From: Selaginella moellendorffii
Taxonomy: Eukaryota > Plantae > Lycopodiophyta
DNA length: 64,000 nucleotides
NCBI RefSeq assembly: GCF_000143415.4
Contig: NW_003314407.1
Span: forward strand, 1-64,000
Reading direction: 5' to 3'
The translations under genes were made by a program, and so were the position numbers. Numbering within the stretch: position 1 is the stretch's first letter; each line of letters opens with the position of its first letter. The notes below the pieces were generated by a model, which was not told where the DNA came from, made no database searches, and saw only the letters and a list, made by a program, of their open reading frames with translations. Of the stretch, positions 60,482-64,000 are shown in pieces.

Positions 60482-63400
60482 AGTAGGACCTTATGGGTCT
60501 GTGGATTAACCAAGTCCAAAACTGTTGGATGACTCAAGTAGAGTCAACGGATGGTCCTAAAAGGACTAATGGAAGCATTTGGACTGTGGTGTGTTGTACC
60601 CCACAAAGGATGGGGGGGGATCATAGGATCCAAGGATAAGAACAGAGGGTATCTCAAAGAACAGAGGGTATCTCATCGATGGCAAAATGTGCCATGCTAA
60701 AGTTATGGGAAAGGTGTTCCCAGAAAAAAACAACTTTGACATAAAGTTGTGTGTGACCTCTATGGTGTAGTGCTAACGGATGGTTGGCATGAGAAAGAGC
60801 GGTGTTGGTCTTGGCAAAGACTTAGACACGAAGGGGAAATGTCATAGAGGTAGGCTCGTGGAGCCGATGGTGTGGAGACACCAAATGTGCCAAGGTGTGA
60901 TACCTTGAGGCTATGTTGGTGGGTTCATGAGAACCCCTTGCCAAAGGAATCCCAATGGAAATGGGAATAGCATAGCCTAAGCTGCAGAGCATGCAGTTGG
61001 AGTGTGGTGACCCAGATAATGATGGAGGTGTGAAAGCACCAAGCAATGAGTTGTAGGACTTGACAACTATGAAGCAACTAAGCAAAAGGTGCAAAATAAC
61101 TGGTTAAACGGGTAGAAGGTAGCTACCCAAGACTTCTTAATAGCATAGGGAAGTTGGATATACCCTTACGGGGGATAAGTTGCTTGTGTTGCGATATAGT
61201 AAGTCAATGTCATAAAAGGAAATACTCATTGTCAAAAAAGCCATCATTGGGACACCCGAACACTCTAGAACACCAGAAGATGGTGTTTGATGTCGCGAGG
61301 GCAATGGATAAAGCCCAAGGGACTAAGTCCCTAGCGAATGATGGATAGAAGGTGCTATCCAAATGTCCAAGGTTACGGAGACAGGAGTCCGAGGTGGACC
61401 CAAGATGGACCCGAAATGGAGTCCGAGATGGAGTCCGAGGTGGACCCGAGATGGACCCGAAATGGAGTCCGAGATGGAGTCCGAGATGGACCCGAGATGG
61501 AGTCCGAGATGGAGTCCGAGGTGGACCCGAGATGGACCCGAAATGGAGTCCGAGATGGAGTCCGAGATGGAGTCCGAGATGGACCCGAGATGGACCCGAG
61601 ATGGAGTCCGAGATGGAGTCCGAGATGGAGTCCGAGATGGAGTCCGAAGTCGAGACCGAGACCGGGACCGAGACCGAGACCGAGACCGAGATCGGGACCG
61701 AGACCGAGCTCGAGCCCGAGTCCGAGTCCGAATCCGAGTCCGAGTCCGAGTCCGAGTCCGAGTCCGAGTCCGAGTCCGGAGCCTGAGAGGGTGAAAGCCC
61801 AAAGCGTTCGTCTCCCAGACCCTGGGGGGTTTGGTGAGCTCCAAAAGTATAGTAGGGGGAGGACTGCAGTGGAGCCAGTTTGGCCAGGAAAGGCCAGTTT
61901 GGCCCAGGAAGGCCGGACCCAGTGTTGGGTGATGAGCTGCCCACTGGGAAGTCCAAGACTAGAGTGAACACAGACCGACAAGCAGGGTAGCTTGGTGAAG
62001 TGTTCAAGAGCCGGCTCTAGTTCCCCCGGGAGATCGACTGGCCGATGCTCCCAGTCCAAGTGTGGGTGGCACTACCTACTTGGATACCTGGTGTGGCTCA
62101 ACGGAACCCGCTCTAAGCCCATGGCTAGAGCACCCAAGGGTAGAAGGCGAGGAGAGTACCCAGGTGGCTCGCGTAAGGCCACGGTGTTCCGAAATGTTGT
62201 CCCAAAGGCCCAGACTGTGGAAAGGAAGAGGAGCAGTCCTCTGGGGTAGTGACCAAGGACACAGTCGTGTTGTGAGGAAGTCCCAGAGGACCGTGGGACT
62301 TAGTGGTCGGGCCTGTGGGTCTCGATCCAGTGGCAGTGTTGGCAAACACGGCCAGGGGCAGAAAGGGACTTAGTGGGGACTGACAGAGGGATATTGGGGA
62401 AGGCTATTCCCCTTGTCGGTGGGCATCCTAAGGATGCTAAGGAGTGGATCTGAGATGACCACTCACGGATGGTTTGCCTAGTCTTGGAGAGCCAAGACGG
62501 TGATGCAAGTGGTATTGGACTACCAGTGTGGCAAAGGTGATTGGGCATGGCCTTAGCGTAACGGGCTGCTATGTCGGTGGTACCTTTGAGTGTCGGTCAT
62601 GGGATCGGACACGTGGTGCACTTGGACCAAGTGCAAATGTTGAGTGGCATGGATGCCATTCTCGGGGCTAGCAAGTCCCAAGTCCTGGATTGGACTTATG
62701 GAGGTTGTGAATGAGACTCCTCCAACTGGTCAGAGGTGTGGTTAAGTGACTAAAGTAGAATGGAAAATTTAGTCGCTTACAATTTGGTATCGGAGCTGTT
62801 CCTTAGTCCGACTTTTATTGGTGCTCAAGTATATCACCACTAGTGTTGGCATCGGAAGGTCCAAGGAGTGGGCCTATCCTTGAGGAGTAGCAAGTCGGGA
62901 AGACATAGCTCTCCATTACAGTTCATGTGTGAACTTGTAGACGAGGTGGTGGATAGAAAAGGGCCAATAATGGAACGACTTTGGGATCTTGGGAACAGTA
63001 TATGGTTTTCCTCAAAGAGTTGAGGATGTGATCCAGATGAGCGTTTGACTTAGCAAACTGGCTAATGTAGTTGTGGTAAACAACTACAGTTGGGATCACG
63101 GGAAAGATAAAGACTCCAAAGCAATAAAGGAGTCACAAGATTTTCCTCATATAGTTGAGGTTGGTGCTCATGAATGTGAGACCAGAAGTAATGACCGTGG
63201 GAGGTCAAATACGGAAGAGGACTCAAGTCCTTGAAAAGGTAGCCAGGGCTACCTCTAATAAATGCTGGAACAACCCAAGGAGTTGGGGGTGTATTAAGTG
63301 GATGAGTTGGTGTTCTCATCACATGGACAAGTAGTCCTAAGGGGCAAAGGTTGCCCCCAAAGAACAAAATCAGGTGTCGGAGTAACACTTGTGAAAATAG

Positions 63401-64000
63401 TCCTTTTGAGTAGGACAGGAATGCAAGAAGTGTATTCCAGTGAGCTAGTGCCTCACAAGTAGGACCTTATGGGTCTGTGGATTAACCAAGTCCAAAACTG
63501 CTGGATGACTCAAGTAGAGTCAACGGATGGTCCTAAAAGGACTAATGGAAGCATTTGGACTGTGGTGTGTTGTACCCCACAAAGGATGGGGGGGGATCAT
63601 AGGATCCAAGGATGAGAACAGAGGGTATCTCATCGATGGCAAAATGTGCCATGCTAAAGTTATGGGAAAGGTGTTCCCAGAAGAAAACAACTTTGACATA
63701 AAGTTGTGTGTGACCTCTATAGTGCAGTGCTAACGGATGGTTGGCATGAGAAAGAGCAGTGTTGGTCTTGGCAAAGACTTAGACACGAAGGGGAAATGTC
63801 ATAGAGGTAGGCTCGTGGAGCCGATGGTGTGGAGACACCAAATGTGCCAAGGTGTGATACCTTGAGGCTATGTTGGTGGGTTCATGAGAACCCCTTGCCA
63901 AAGGAATCCCAATGGAAATGGGAATAGCATAGCCTAAGCTGCAGAGCATGCAGTTGGAGTGTGGTGACCCAGATAATGATGGAGGTGTGAAAGCACCAAG
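60477..64000 (+). mobile_element. Large-family pieces: internal fragment (60477-61386), 5'-deleted LTR to 62781, PBS 62785, interior continuing past the window
   Basis: Homologous to 7102-7997, ~5000-6427 and 6428-7650. Confidence 0.9.

Overview
Plant nuclear DNA with Arabidopsis-type (CCCTAAA)n repeats and 50-65 bp introns. It is most like a Selaginella-type lycophyte, which is an inference. The window looks like a left-arm subtelomere read from near the chromosome end inward. It opens with an endonuclease-less Penelope-like element: an intact RT ORF plus a TATA box and a type I hammerhead ribozyme in its 3' region, ending on telomeric repeats. Next is a decayed L1-like LINE that also ends on telomeric repeats, at what looks like an older healed chromosome end near 13330. 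Most of the rest is nested LTR retroelements. These include a large non-coding Gypsy-derived family with minisatellite-bearing ~2 kb LTRs and a ~430 nt hairpin-array domain, 5S-containing Cassandra TRIMs, a Copia with ~86 bp LTRs, and decayed Gypsy and LINE fragments. Host-derived sequences are a triplicated PPR-fragment/MOT1 pseudogene block, a CDKAL1-like pseudogene, an F-box-like remnant, and one apparently intact 4-exon Crinkler/RHS-like NTPase+nuclease gene. The most unusual features are two independent TSD-flanked LTR integrants with inverted (U3-out/U3-out) ends. One is a Cassandra/large-element chimera that carries an apparent copy of the tRNA primer at its junction. All calls were read by eye; no database searches were run.
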